Shown here: positions 38,200 through 51,589 of the stretch, piece after piece
Position numbering within the stretch: position 1 is the stretch's first letter
Layout of the letters: every line of letters starts with the position of its first letter
NCBI RefSeq assembly: GCF_006345805.1
Contig: NC_042997.1
Span: 7,812,001 to 7,876,000 of the forward strand
From: Octopus sinensis
Taxonomy: Eukaryota
DNA length: 64,000 nucleotides
Reading direction: 5' to 3'
The notes under the pieces: generated by a model
Databases searched by the model: none
What the model was told of the DNA's origin: nothing
Seen by the model: only the letters and a program-made list of their open reading frames with translations
Made by a program: the position numbers and the translations under genes

Positions 38200-40670
38200 T
38201 CTCCCAAACTTGATTAAATATGTTGCCATGTCAGCCAAAATTATATAGTGTAGCCCCGCCTGTTAGAGTGGCTGCTCCAGCGCATCTCCTAAGCAATAGA
38301 TTACAAAAAATTACGAAACCTCTGTTCTTCGTTATCCCATGGTAGACAAGGGCTAGAACTTTCAGTTCAATCTCTATCTGCTTTCTGCTATTTATGTCGT
38401 CATTTTTGTACAAGCCAGAGTACTGAAATAGTTTTCAAGTTGAAGGACATACTAGATAGCATATTGCCATAAAGCAAAAGCTTTAGCAGGCATGGAAATT
38501 CTGCAGTACATAAACTTTGAAATTTTGCAGTCAAGGCAGAAAGGCAAAACAACACACCAGGATTCTCCTACACTGGTGAATGAAGATCAACTGAACAAAA
38601 GTTGCTATTACTTATAAGCTATTTTAGAAGTTATTGAATTTGTATATGTTAATGAACTTTCACTTCGGGCTGATTACAATGAGACTATTTCCTTGCCTGT
38701 CTTGACAGCGGTAGAGAAAATAAAGTTTCTGGATTATTTTTACAGCCCATTTAATATACACTTACAAATGATACCAAAATTAAAGTAAATATTTTCTCTG
38801 ATGCTGAGCAATGTCGTATACATCGGCTGTTGTACAAAATTATAAAACTTATGAGAGATGTTTTAAATCAAATGTGATGATATTCGTTATTCAAATATCG
38901 CTTTTTTCACAATTAAATTTGAGAGAACTAGTTATCCTACTAATGCCGAAACTATTTCAATAATTGTGAGGTTTGTAAAAACAAAAATCATGTGAAAACG
39001 TCTTAACGCTTTAACTATGAGCTAAGACTATAAGTCTGGGAATTTGGATAAGGCAGTTCTTCATATTACTTAAAATGCTGGTTTAAAACCGGAAAGCATT
39101 TTACCTTAGTGCTATGGTGGTGCTTCAGTAGTGTCTGGCTGTACTGGCTGTTTTCAGAAAATAATGTAACTGAAAATTGGAAAAGAAATTCCCTATGTGC
39201 ACTGCTTCAATCATCGTTTCCATTTGGTTGTAATTCACACGTTTGAAAATATTAGTGAGGTCAGATTGCTTTTTGGAGGATCTTTGAAAACTCTTTATAT
39301 CTTTCTGCGTAGACTATAGTTGTTTATTAAATATAATGGTATAATTTTCAAGCACTTATTGGAACAACAGTGGTCAGGACATTTAGTAATTCTTACGGCT
39401 GTACGTACCAATCATGAACACATAGTTCAAGTGCTTCGAAATGAAGAACCCGGCAGTATAAACATAAACATCTGAACTGAGGCAACAGGAATTTTGAAAC
39501 AGATTACTAGCCTGAAATTTATCATTATTGCCATTCTTCGTCAAGATATCCCGAAAGCTCTTGATGCACCAAATTTATTAAAACAAACACATGACTGCGA
39601 CACATGTCTGAAGGCGTGTGTCTTATAAATAACCTATTGAATATTCTGAAAGAAAATGTCAGTACATCTCTCATACAAAGAGATTTAATTTAGAAAATGA
39701 CTGATATATTATTCAACGCCCACATAAAGTTTCAGTGTACATTATACAATCATCAATAGTAATATCAACGCTAGGTCATTACGATTCTGATAAAAAAAAT
39801 ATGTACTTTCGAATCGTATATACAACAATGTTTTTGAAAACTGTATTGGAGAACTTCGGAACGAGAGTTTTTGCAGCTATAGAAGCCTGTCTCCTGAACC
39901 AGAAGCACTCTTAGAAGTTTCAAAATTGTCTCCTATTTGTGAACTCGTCAGCATAAACTATTTTGACAACTCATTTCACAATAACCTATACCTTGCTAAA
40001 CATTATACTTTATAAAAATTACCTCTGATAAGCTATTATGTATCTGCAATTTGCTATATTCATTTAAGGTTGGTTTTTCAGATATCAACAAACTGTATGT
40101 TGTATATTACGGTTGCTGCAAGCAACGCTTATTGCAAGTCATCTCTTTCAACACTGATTCATATGCTTATACCCTATTGCCGTTCGATGACACATCAACG
40201 GAAAAAGCACACTTTTTATACTTGCATACGTGGAGGTGCAATGGCCCAGTGGTTAGGGCAGCGGACTCGCGGTCATAGGATCGCGGTTTCGATTCTCAGA
40301 CCGGGCGTTGTGAGTGTTTATTGAGCGAAAACGCCTAAAGCTCCACGAGGCTCCGGCAGGGGATGGTGGTGATCCCTGCTGTACTCTTTCACCACAACTT
40401 TCTCTCACTCTTACTTCCTGTTTCTGTGGTACCTGTATTTCAAAGGGCCGGCCTTGTCACTCTCTGTGTCACGCTGAATATCCCCGAGAACTACGTTAAG
40501 GGTACACGTGTCTGTGGAGTGCTCAGCCACTTACACGTTAATTTCACGAGCAGGCTGTTCCGTTGATTCGGATCCACCGGAACCCTCGTCGTCGTAACCG
40601 ACGGAGTGCTTCGTATACTTGCATTCATGGATTTCTCTTCTAAGTCAAGAAGTTTCCAAATATTTTAATG
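38200..40670 (+). mobile_element. hAT-superfamily (ZMYM1/Tip100-like) transposase pseudogene interrupted by a SINE
   Basis: TTF-type zinc finger RYPW..AFCYLCRHF..FSRHGNSAVH, then CYGGASVVSG, PYVHCFNHRFHLVV, LLEQQWSGH, and a C-terminal dimerisation-like segment TVAASNAYCKSSLSTL..RSMTHQRK..FILAF. Many stops. TIRs not found. Confidence 0.85.
40231..40613 (+). mobile_element. tRNA-derived SINE, family B, with 11-bp TSD
   Basis: A-box TGGCCCAGTGGT, B-box GGTTTCGATTC. TATACTTGCAT repeated at 40217-40227 and 40614-40624. Confidence 0.92.
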
Positions 40671-41194
40671 AAATTTTGATGACTATAATATTTATGTTAG
40701 TTAATTAAATTGGCTTACAATAATTTTATAAAATTGTACATTTTACGTATCAGCACAAACTTTATTAGTTGTCCTAATATATTTGGTTTAAATGTAGACC
40801 AGACCTAATAATTTGCCCGAATATTGATTATAATAATGTTATGGAATTAAAATAATGTGCAATAATAAAAATTGAATATTATTATGTTGTAGAATTGTTA
40901 GTGTTTATATTCTATTTGGGTTTTTAACAATTTCTCCATGTTTTTGTCTAAAATATGTAAGATTACAACTCTTCTTCATTTAACCCTAATCTCGAACCGT
41001 AAACCTTAAACCTAAACTTAAATCTCTACCATAATCCTAAAGCAAAGATTTACTGTCTTATATTGTAAAGCTCAAAGTTAGTAGTTGGTGCATCATACGA
41101 AACAGAGGAGAGTTGAAGAAGCAAAAATTAGGAGCATTTTTGTGCAATCGACATGTCTGATGTTTAAAACAATTCTTAAAACAATTTCCATACG

Positions 41195-41325
41195 AGGGGG
41201 AGGAGGAAGTGGAAGGAAAGAAAGGAGGAAGTGGATGTTAAAAAGGGTGGAAGTGGAAGGGAAGAAGGGTGGAAGTGGAAGGGAAGAGGAGGAAGAAGTA
41301 GAAGGGATGGAGGGGAGGAAGGTAT
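41195..41325. repeat. Purine-only GGAA/GGAAG low-complexity tract
   Basis: Direct reading. Confidence 0.85.
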
Positions 41326-42799
41326 AAAAAAATAGAAATTTTGAAAAACGTTTTTAACCGATTTGTAATCACCAAATTCTGGCGATTGACCTGTTAAAAG
41401 TGCAACATTTACATCTAAAATCTAAACTTTGAAGGGGTCGTATTTTTTGCTGCTGTTTGCATAATCATGGAATGGACAAGATTGTTCAATAAGTAAGCGA
41501 ATTCGATTTTCTCTATCTAGTATTATAATGACTGACTTCTTATACGCTTGAATTGGAAAATCTCACAAAATCTTGTTTCTGATTTCATTTTCTTCTTCCT
41601 CTTCTTCTTATTATTACTTTATCATTACTTTTGCTATAATTATAAAAAAGATCAATAAATGTTTGAAATACCTTAAAAAGAATGTCATTTCCGCTAGGTT
41701 GCCACTAGCATGCATTCCAAAGGTTTATATCGCTATCTGGAAATTGAGCGGTAGAATTAGTCAAGTAATAACATGTAACAGCAACGCATCTGCAAATATC
41801 ATAAAGAGAACCAAAACCAAAGCAATAATATGAAGGACAAAATAAAATCAGAATGGAAACAACATAACCAACAATAAAATGTTTGAATCTTCAACTCACC
41901 TGAAATAAAAATAAACAAAATTCACCTGTGATTGCTAACAATGTGTACTACTGCTTCAGAAACTCTGATTTATACAATTAAAGAGCAAACCAATCAATTT
42001 AGACGAATGAGTCGTTGGCATTAGCTTGAATGTTTTCTCATTAAAACGAAAATAATTATACGGTTTACAGTATCTTGATTTACTTTATCCTAATCATAAT
42101 TCTTGCAGCATTTATTGAAAATTATCAGGTAGAATCCTACGACAGCACAACTGATTCTAGAAAAGCGATAAATATAAGATTTACTATTTATTGATAGAGA
42201 AATTCTTATTTATTGACACAAGATTGTAATTTAATGTTATTGACACCAAATCTCAAACACCCTAACTTTTTTGAAGTGATTATTGTTTAATTAGCTCCTT
42301 ATGATGTACAACATAAGAAGTAAAATTTGCGTCTATGTAGATTGAAACTGCAAGACTTCATGAATATTCGTCAATGTGTTAATTATAGGTAGCAGATTTT
42401 TATTATTTTCCACAAGACACAATTTTAATTATTTCCAATAAAACATATATCTTTCAATATACGAAAGTGAGGAAATTTAGCGCTAACACGATTAATAAGC
42501 TGCAGTCATAGAATATGTACAAGCATCACAAATTCACATTCTCAATTATGAATAAATGTAAATTTGAGAGCTTTTACGACGAACGACAATTCGAAAAGTA
42601 CGAATAAACAAAATTACCATATTACCATGCGTCCATATCATTAATATCTGACCGGTGTTCTCGCGTATAGCATTCTGCTTCATTTGATAATTGGGTAAAA
42701 CGAAAGAGATCCTTCCTGAGTCATTGTGTCGGATTCCCGGTTCTTGTGGTGCATATACTTCATCCCTTGAAGGGGATGCTGCTCCGTTCCATGGTTAAT

Positions 42800-42915
42800 C
42801 ATTTTTGGCAACTGAGTGAACTGGAGAAACGCGAAATGAAATATTTTGCTTAAGAACACAACAAAATTCGACACCACTCTTTTACTAGCATAAGCACTAA
42901 CTACTGCGCCTTCAC
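42800..42915 (-). mobile_element. Decayed SINE 5' head
   Basis: GCAACTGAGTGAACTGGAGAAACGCGAAATGAAATATTTTGCTTAAGAACAC..CTACTGCGCCTTC resembles a reverse-complemented tRNA-like head. Similar to 27720-27835. Confidence 0.6.
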
Positions 42916-43128
42916 TCATGTTACCAGATTGCTGTGAAATTTATATAGGGTGACATAAACTGAGAGTTAACTCCGAGGCCATTATGCTTGTAGACAAATC
43001 TACCCATCGGCAAATCGAAAGGAATATTGACATACAACAAACAGCAAAAAATACATACTTGAACAAACAGACAGACATACACAAATATACATATATGTAT
43101 ACATATATATATAAATATATATATATAA

Positions 43129-43203
<75 letters not shown>

Positions 43204-43775
43204 TACGCATACATATATATACACGCATACATACATACATATGCACATACATACATATATATATGTATGTATTAGAATAATAATGAAGTCTTATATCTAG
43301 AAAGTGTTTGCAGAATGTTTAATATATAATTTGCATACACTTTTTTGTAAGTATTTTACTCTCTGAAAACATTAGCTGAAAGAAAAGAATTTCCCATTTA
43401 TTGTTATATTCAGAGTATTTAACACTATACGCTACAATAAATTTGTGCCGAAGGCAAATTATGTCGAGAAGCCGAAACAGAATGTGAGAAACGAAAGCGC
43501 AGGTTCGTTTCTTACTCTCGGAAGTAAAAGAAAATAATAACTATGTTTCCGACAGCTGAAGCTTCGTAAATATTATTTAGCAGGGAGGGATGAAAACATG
43601 CAGTGCAATGAAGCAGAACGGGTTCATGTTTATCAGAAACTAATTAAGCTGAATAACGTTGAGGCGGAAATAAAAAGGTGGTTGACAGAGAAAACCTACA
43701 TAATTGAGTGCATCGGTATATGCTGAGCGACCTAACTGCGTCAAAAGTACAAGTGAGTGCAGATGTGTCAATTTG

Positions 43776-43825
<50 letters not shown>

Positions 43826-45916
43826 CACATATATTGCATTTTCTTTTCGTTGCTTGCATAAATAGTATATATCGCACATTGATATCATTTGTTCCGCACT
43901 AAAGCAATAGATAATTTGAAATAAAAAATTAGAGAATCTGCTGTATGTTTTCCGAGTTAATATATTTGAGGTTATAGTACAAAAATAGTACATTACGTGA
44001 CAATTTTGATAAAGCAGTTAAAGGAAATAGAATAGTGCTCAAGAGCCTTGTAGAGAGACAGATGTGATTGATGATCAGTTTGAACAATGTATAGGTCAAT
44101 GAAACGCCAAAACGGCATTTCTTTTATTGTAACTGTTAATAGATTATCGCAAATCTTGTAACAAAATATCATAGTCGTGATATCTGTGAAATTTTGATCC
44201 AAGTGTGCAACAAAATTATACAAACCGTGAGGAGCATAGCCCCGAGAAACAAAAAAAATATTGAGCCATACAACATTTATACTATAATTTACTTATACTG
44301 TTCCGATTTCTAATACTGAACTCTATATTTCTATACGCTATACAATACATACTAATGAGATGCAATTCACTGCATTGTTCATTCTAATTAGCAAACACCG
44401 AAGATAAGATAGCTTTACATTTACATAAATTCTTTAACTTGGTTTCCAATTGTATAATACAGATCCTTGGCAGCAGAATATACGATCTACTTGTAGGAAA
44501 TTTATCTGGTGGAAACAGCACCTACGTTAGCTGGCGGGAACATTATGTTGGTGAGAGAAGCTTGGCGGTTCATTATAATAGCTGTTTAGAATGTTTCAGA
44601 GCCTGTTTAAATATGTAGTCGTATATAGTCGTATATTGTCGTATCAACGCCATTGAAATATGAACAGTCTTCTGAAGTTTAAGTTTTACTTAAGCCAGTC
44701 AGAGACACAATTTTGTAACATGGATTAAACTATTTTGTAGCATTTGGTTTCTAATCGTTATGATAAACATTTAATAATCGTATTTTTACTGCGTTTATTC
44801 AATTGAAAAATTATACGATTTGTTATAAGAACCAACCTATGAAAAATATGCATTGTGTTGTTAAAATAGTCAAGTTCTAATTTAAAACTATTTCGAAGGT
44901 GTCTAATGAAAATGGCAATGCAAGATTGTTTGAAACATTTTGCAAGTTGATGACGGTTATCTGCTTCATTTTGAGTTCAGGAAGCCGAAAGTATTTGTAT
45001 AAAACTGTACAGTTAATCATAATAATGTGGAATTACTAGAATGTTAGAGATCTAACAGGATCTTAATCTTACTATGCAACATTGTAGAGAGATTGAAGGT
45101 AATATCTAAAGCTTCCAATTCAGTTCAAGAAAGAATGTTGTCATACAAAGGGGTTGAAATGTTCTCATGCCAAACACTGAAGTGGGATTTTCATATAAGA
45201 TCTACAGCTAGGCTGCTTTTCCTGACGATCAAGATAAAACTAATAAGGTAGAACCGCTTACCCCCGTTACTTTCAGCAATCGAATTGATGAAAACTTGAG
45301 AGATTTAGAGATGAAAGGAGGTGACTACGCAAGTACTGTTTATAATTGTTCCTATCGCCTGTAATTAATTCACGTTTCAATAAGAGAGCATAGTTGGTAA
45401 GTGTGGGATTTTGATCTTCTGTAGAATAGGACAATCTATAACATGTTAATTAAGAATAGGCTAAATTCCAATTTGAGTAAAAATGGGTGATGTTGACATG
45501 GATGAGTAAATTGTTTAGGAGTTGTCAAAGGAAATCATTTCGAATTGTTGCCTTTTTAATCGAGTGCCGATATCTCCGCAGCTGACACCATCGTGTATAT
45601 GTTGCTATCCTTTGGGTTTGAAATGATATAATTCCTTGAGTTTCAGAAACGAAATAAAGTGAAGCAGATAGTAAGTAATAGAAGTAAAGTAAGCGAAAGC
45701 TAGGTGTATAAATCAAATGTTGATCGGTACACAACCTGGATTGTTAGAGATACTCATATGGGCCGAAATATTTATTCATAAATTCAGCGAAGATACACTG
45801 GATGCTTACATATTAAAATATTGGATACAGTAAAATATTGTCATTCTCATGACAGACAATAGGGAGGTTAATGTTTTCCTATTTAACAACGTGAATATCA
45901 ACAGTCTTATTATGAA

Positions 45917-46400
45917 CTAGTGCACACTTGCTGTCAGAAATGACGGCTTGAAAATAATACAGATAATAACATTAACATTAAAATATTACAACCAATATCT
46001 TAGCAGTTACTTCAGCACAATGTTTTTAGCGAAAACCCTACCACCAATGAATTCGCTTTGTTTTGGATGGAATTTTACCAGCATTTCAATATTATAACTA
46101 CTTTTACTTCCCAAAGCAGCATCAAGTTGTCCATGGCTAAATACTGATGATGATAGGATGATGCCAACATTATTGAAGCTCTGGCCTTGTGATTTGTTTA
46201 TATTTATTGCAAATGCTAGGATAACAGAAAACTGTCGTCTACTCATACTAATGAGAAAGTTGTCTCACTCGGACGGAGATCGATATGCGGAATAAAGGCG
46301 TCCTCTCCTTCCTTACTTCCACTCAGATGGACAGCACTAAGATACAGGTCTCATTGAGTAAACCTCTCATTGGGTTCAACTAAAATTATCAGTGAAATGG
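45917..46400 (-). mobile_element. Helitron 3' end: helicase C-terminus, hairpin and CTAG terminus
   Basis: LNPMRGLLN..SGSKEGEDAFIPHIDL..MSRRQFSVILAFAININKSQGQSF..VFSHGQL (PIF1 C-terminal motifs). Hairpin GCCGTCATTTCTGACAGC (45930-45947), then CTAG|T at 45917-45920. Confidence 0.9.
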
Positions 46401-47033
46401 TAACAAACACTATATACCATAAATTCACACACACACATTGGAAACCAAATATTAGAGCAAATGATCATTGTAAAATGTAAACAAAATATTTCACCTTTGG
46501 AATGATTCTTCTGAGTGTCCGTCAACCATATTTTACAGGGAAGCCTCTGGGGGCATATAGTAGGACGCAGTAGGATATAGTAGGCATATAGTAGGATGTG
46601 CTGGACATGATATAATCGACAGTTTCTAACTAACTGTTCTTGTCAATGACACTCCTGTTAATATTCATTTCAAGAAGAACCATTCCCATTGATTGTTAAC
46701 TTTGTTGTATTTTCTTCATTAAAATATATGTGTGTGTGAATGCGTGTGTGTAAATATGTGTGTACATGATGACATTACTACAAACGCACTCCAAAACTGC
46801 GTTTGTATCGCAGCAATTTGTTCCTACTTCAACTCCTCCAATTGCGTGTGGACATGATGCTCTCTTTACCACTTCCTCTCTCTCATTGCTATTGCTGTCT
46901 CTCATTCCCTTTGTCACGGCTATTACTCTCATTACTTCTCCTTCATTGAATTACTCTTTTCTCTCCGCTCCCTGCACTAATATTACTCTTTCTCTCACTC
47001 CCTCACCTCCTACTTCGTGATTTTGGGCAAATT

Positions 47034-47082
<49 letters not shown>

Positions 47083-47119
47083 GTGTGCGTATGTGTGTAT
47101 ATATATATATATATATTTT

Positions 47120-47215
47120 AAGCACTGGGGGTCGATTCGTTCGACTAAAATTCTTCAATGATGTGCTTCAGCATGCTGCAGTCTAATGACCGAAACAAGT
47201 GAAAGATAAAAGTGA
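47120..47215 (+). mobile_element. Isolated SINE 3' tail (family A-like)
   Basis: GGGGTCGATTCGTTCGACTAAA..GCAGTCTAATGACCGAAACAAGTGAAAGATAAAAG. Confidence 0.7.
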
Positions 47216-47738
47216 AAAGAGAATTGGAGTTATCTCAATGATTTACAAAAGTAATCGAAAAATGTAATATCTCATGTCAGTTCAATTTGAAATAAAGTTA
47301 GTTTAATCTTGCTTACTGATGTGTTCTATTAATGTATCAGTTGTAGGAGAAGAGCGAGCTTTTGTTCAAGGTCAAAATTATAGTTTTCTAAAGATATTTA
47401 TAATAATATCTTTTAATGGTATTTTAGTTACTGATAATACGTATTTCATTAAGTCCACTCATGAACCACCACCATCACCCACACTGCTACATCACCTCTT
47501 TTGATTTGTTCAGAGGCGCAAGTAGTTCCGGAAACATTTTATACGTTATTAAAATCGTTTCGTTGAGCAGTTTCTTTGCACTACTGTTTGGTATTAGAGT
47601 TATGTCGTTATAAACATTCTTGTTCTTTCAAATATCTGCTAAATGTCTATAATGTTCTGCCATTTCTTTTAGGTTACCATCAAAATTTCAAAGCTATTGA
47701 TGACCGTTTTATGAAGTGGTATGCAGTATTAATATTGC

Positions 47739-47803
<65 letters not shown>

Positions 47804-49310
47804 AATAGGAAATAGAATAGTAATTTATTTCAGTAACTTTTGTTGTCAGAGTGCAAAAAGTTTAATCACCGTCATAAAATATTACCAATTGTCTTTAAAA
47901 AAATATCATTTGATTCTATCTACGTATTTGTATCGAGCAGGCATTTCAATGTCTTATGGTACAAAAGAAACCTATGAAAAGTAAGCATTTTAATTACAAC
48001 CAAATAAACATTTATATCAATAATGATGTAAATGAGTATAAATCTGTGATTTCTAAACAAAGTTCTGCATGAGGTACACTTACAAAATAGAATCTAACTT
48101 CCTCCACATCATACACACGCATACGTTCTCAGTATAGTCAATATTTCGGATGACATCTCTAGTGTTACTTGGTTATTTAGACAGGTAGTTAGATTATGAT
48201 TAACAAACAATTCTTAATGAGTCCACATCTCCATGTGGTTCCGTGTGCTGCGCGCCAGAAGTGACAAAAATATTAGCTTACAAACAGCTTTGTTGAAATA
48301 TGGTGTACCTTAAAGATGCTCCCTATTACTGCACAGAGTTTAGTTATTTACCATCTTCCAAATAATCGACGTCCAAGTATATCGAGCGTCATTATTCATT
48401 GAGTTAAATATTGAATTTGCTGTTAGTAATGATTCATAAAATTAATCCCAGTGAGTTGATAAATAACAACAAGCAGTATAATCCTACACTCTTATGAACA
48501 CAAGATATATGATACTTTAGAGAAACAGTGTCTCCCAATTGAGGACATATAAGACTTTTGGCATTTACAAATTGGTTGTTGGTGCCCCAGCTCTGTGATC
48601 AGATTTTTTAAGTGATTTGAACCCGAATAGAAATTATAGATTTCTTTATATATCATTTGAGAGTATGTAGGATATATTAGCTCGACGTTCTCCTACGGAT
48701 CGATTTTTTCATATTCTTTCTCACTAAATATAGTCTCTACTCTATGTTTCACGTAAACTTTCTCTTGTTTTGAAATACGAACCATACAATCAGTTTACAT
48801 ATGTCGAACGCTACCAATATGTCGAGCAGAAAACGTTGTAAATATGACTTCGAACATCTTCAATATTTGACGGAATTTCCATTAATATCCATGAAGTTGC
48901 TAAACCATACCACGAAATAGTAATCGTAAGTGAATTCATGATTTTGGATTTCCCTTTTTAGATATTTATTACCGGAAAATTTGACAACAAAATTTGAATT
49001 TAGAATTTAAAATTCCATATGTACAACGCCATCGCTACTGAACACCACATTAAAATCTAGGAATTTGGAAATTAAAATACTTAAGCATTTCTATACATCA
49101 TGAAAGTCTTTCGTGGATTTTTTGCAGCTAGTATGTTGTATGAAATTGTTTCAACAATTCTCCCAATTATTTGCAGACAAAAATTTAGAATATAAACAAA
49201 ATAAACTTAACCTCTTTTTCAAACTCCTTGAATGTCAGCGTTGATAAAACATGTGAAAAACCTTGCCACAAATATTACCATGTATATAAAAGCAAATCAC
49301 ACAATTTCGT

Positions 49311-49707
49311 GCGCAGGAGTGGCTGTGTGGTAAGTAGCTTGTCTATCAACCGCATGGTTCCGGGTTCAGTCCCACTGCATGGCACCTTGGGTGAGTGTCT
49401 TCTACTATAGCCTCGGGCCGACCAAAGCCTTGTGAGTGGATTTGGTAGACGGAAGCCCGTCGTATATATGTATATATATATATATATGCGTGTGTGTGTT
49501 TGTGTGTCTGTGTTTGTCCCCTAGCATTGATTGACAACCGATGCTGGTGTGTTTATGTCCCTGTCACTTAGCAGTTCCGCAAAAGAGACCGATAGAATAA
49601 GTACTGGGCTTACAAAATAATAAGTCCCGGAGTCGAGTTGTTCGATTAAAGGTGGTGCTCCAGCATGGCCGCAGTCAAATGACTGAAACAAGTAAAATAG
49701 TAAATAG
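49311..49707 (+). mobile_element. SINE family A (full length)
   Basis: Collinear and highly similar to 2233-2637. Confidence 0.92.
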
Positions 49708-49855
49708 ATAAACTTTGAACTAGCGATTCCCCGTTATAAACCTTACGTAATTTTTAAGGGGAACAGATCCGGTATTTCTCCAGCCAAAACAGTTGGCCAA
49801 TAAACCATTTATCGGCACATTTGGAAATAGTTATCAAATTCATCTATACTATATC

Positions 49856-50065
49856 CTTTTCTACTGTAGGCACAAGGCCCCAAATTTGGTGGGAGGGGTC
49901 AGTCGATTAGATTGCCCCCACTACGCAACTGATACTTAAGTTATCGACCCCGAAAGGATGAAAGGCAAAGTCGACCTCGGCGGAATTTGTAGTCAGAACA
50001 TAAAGACAGACGAAATACCGCTAAGCATTTTGCCCTAGATGCTAACTTTTTGCCAGCTCGCCGCC
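49856..50065 (-). mobile_element. SINE family C with 17-bp TSD (1 mismatch)
   Basis: TTCATCTATACTATATC (49839-49855) and TTCATCTATACGATATC (50066-50082) flank the reverse-complemented family C sequence. Confidence 0.9.
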
Positions 50066-50558
50066 TTCATCTATACGATATCATGGACATTCTACTGGGA
50101 CCGGAGCATCGTTGATATTGTATCAAATATATTAAAACATTTAATCGGTGGATTCCTCCACTCGCAATTGTGAACTGTTTATTTGTGTGTACTTCGTTCA
50201 AAAACCTCTGAATTGTAAGTTACAATTCGTTCCAGAAAACAAAAAGTAATGATTGCAATAAGTCATTTTTATACAAAAATCGTAATGGTACACAACTAGT
50301 GGTGGCTGTCCCTCAAATCCTCCTCATCGCGGGTTTACTGAGCATTAGATCACCCTTCATGTGCAATTTTTGTTGCACTTACCGATCTGGAGATTACAGC
50401 GATGAGGTATATTCAATTATCTGCAATATGAACGGATATATCAACGGCAGATTGAAAAGGATTTAGCAGAATTATTTAATGTGATAGACTTTAAAATAAA
50501 TATTGATAACAATAATTAATCTAATAGACACTATACTATATTTAATATAATTTTAATG

Positions 50559-51589
50559 TCTCTCTATATATAAAACTGAGAATGTGTGCCTGTTTGTCTG
50601 TCTGTCTGTGTGTTTCCCTAAAACTTGAGAACTGCACAACCAATTTCATTCAAATTTTACACATACCTTACATAGGGTCCATGTAGTTTCATGAGCAAAA
50701 AAAAATGATCAACGTCTTGCCTAGAGCGAGCCCATAGCAATATCATATCTTCTCCACTATTTCAGTATTACGTGCTAAAAGTGAAACAAAAACATATCTC
50801 TATTTTATGTCAGATACTTTCACTTTAACAATAAAAGTAATAATAACAATTGAATTATGTGTAGTAAGTAATAATTAAAATCAGAGTAAAGTATAATATA
50901 ATCGTAACATAACAAAAGTAAAAATAGCAATTGGTATAAAATTGCATCAGTGACTTAAACTTGAATAAGTGGTTTCACATGAATGGGAATAAATTAAAAA
51001 TAAAATTAGCGTGCAGAAATGGAATAGTCCAGATGGATAATAAAAAGTTAAATTAAAGAAAAGACTATTGTCTATAAAGTATATAATGTAGAGAAAAAAG
51101 ATTTGAACACCTGGAGGAAAGCCATCGAAAAGTGTCTTAGTGCGACTATGAAAGATATCTAACCAGAGGCGGTAAATTCGGCACAATAGAAGCAAGGTTC
51201 GAGTCAACGGAGCGTGCAAGGGAGTACTCGACTCGAACTTGCAAAGTGGAAATATTTTATTTTTACTTTTATATCTGGGATGTAGGACGTGCCGGATAAA
51301 AATTTAAAATGCCCCCCCACACACACAGAAGTTGAGGTAGGCTGGATTGTAGCCACACTTCTATACAAGAGGGAGGACAAGATACAATTGATCGAAATTG
51401 CAAGAGACGTGCTTACAATCCCAGTCTGTTATATATTTTGAGTATTGTTATCACTAGCGATATCAAGATATAACTTTGTATTTTGTATTTTATGTATTGA
51501 TGTATATAGATAGATGTATATGTAATATGTACATATATATATATATATACATAGCTCTATGACCCGGCAAAGACGGGTCATAATGCTAG
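50559..51589 (+). mobile_element. Non-autonomous Helitron, apparently complete (~1.03 kb)
   Basis: 5' TCTCTCTATATATAAAA followed by (TGTC)n. 3' perfect hairpin TGACCCG-GCAAAGA-CGGGTCA (51560-51580), then ATGCTAG|T (CTAG 51586-51589). The 5' flank base is G rather than the canonical A. Confidence 0.82.

Noticed and set aside
43556-43726. 56-codon open frame after an acceptor (LKLRKYYLAGRDENMQ..)
   Set aside because: Phase 0, so incompatible with exon 2. No recognisable homology and weak donors.
44497-44550. 54-nt phase 1-1 candidate exon (NLSGGNSTYVSWREHYV)
   Set aside because: The acceptor is weak and several alternative frames and acceptors are equally plausible, so it cannot be told from chance.
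50390-50500. Strong minus-strand donor (TCG|GTAAGT); likewise GTGAGT near 31800
   Set aside because: All frames from nearby acceptors contain stops. At most non-coding exons, and unsupported.
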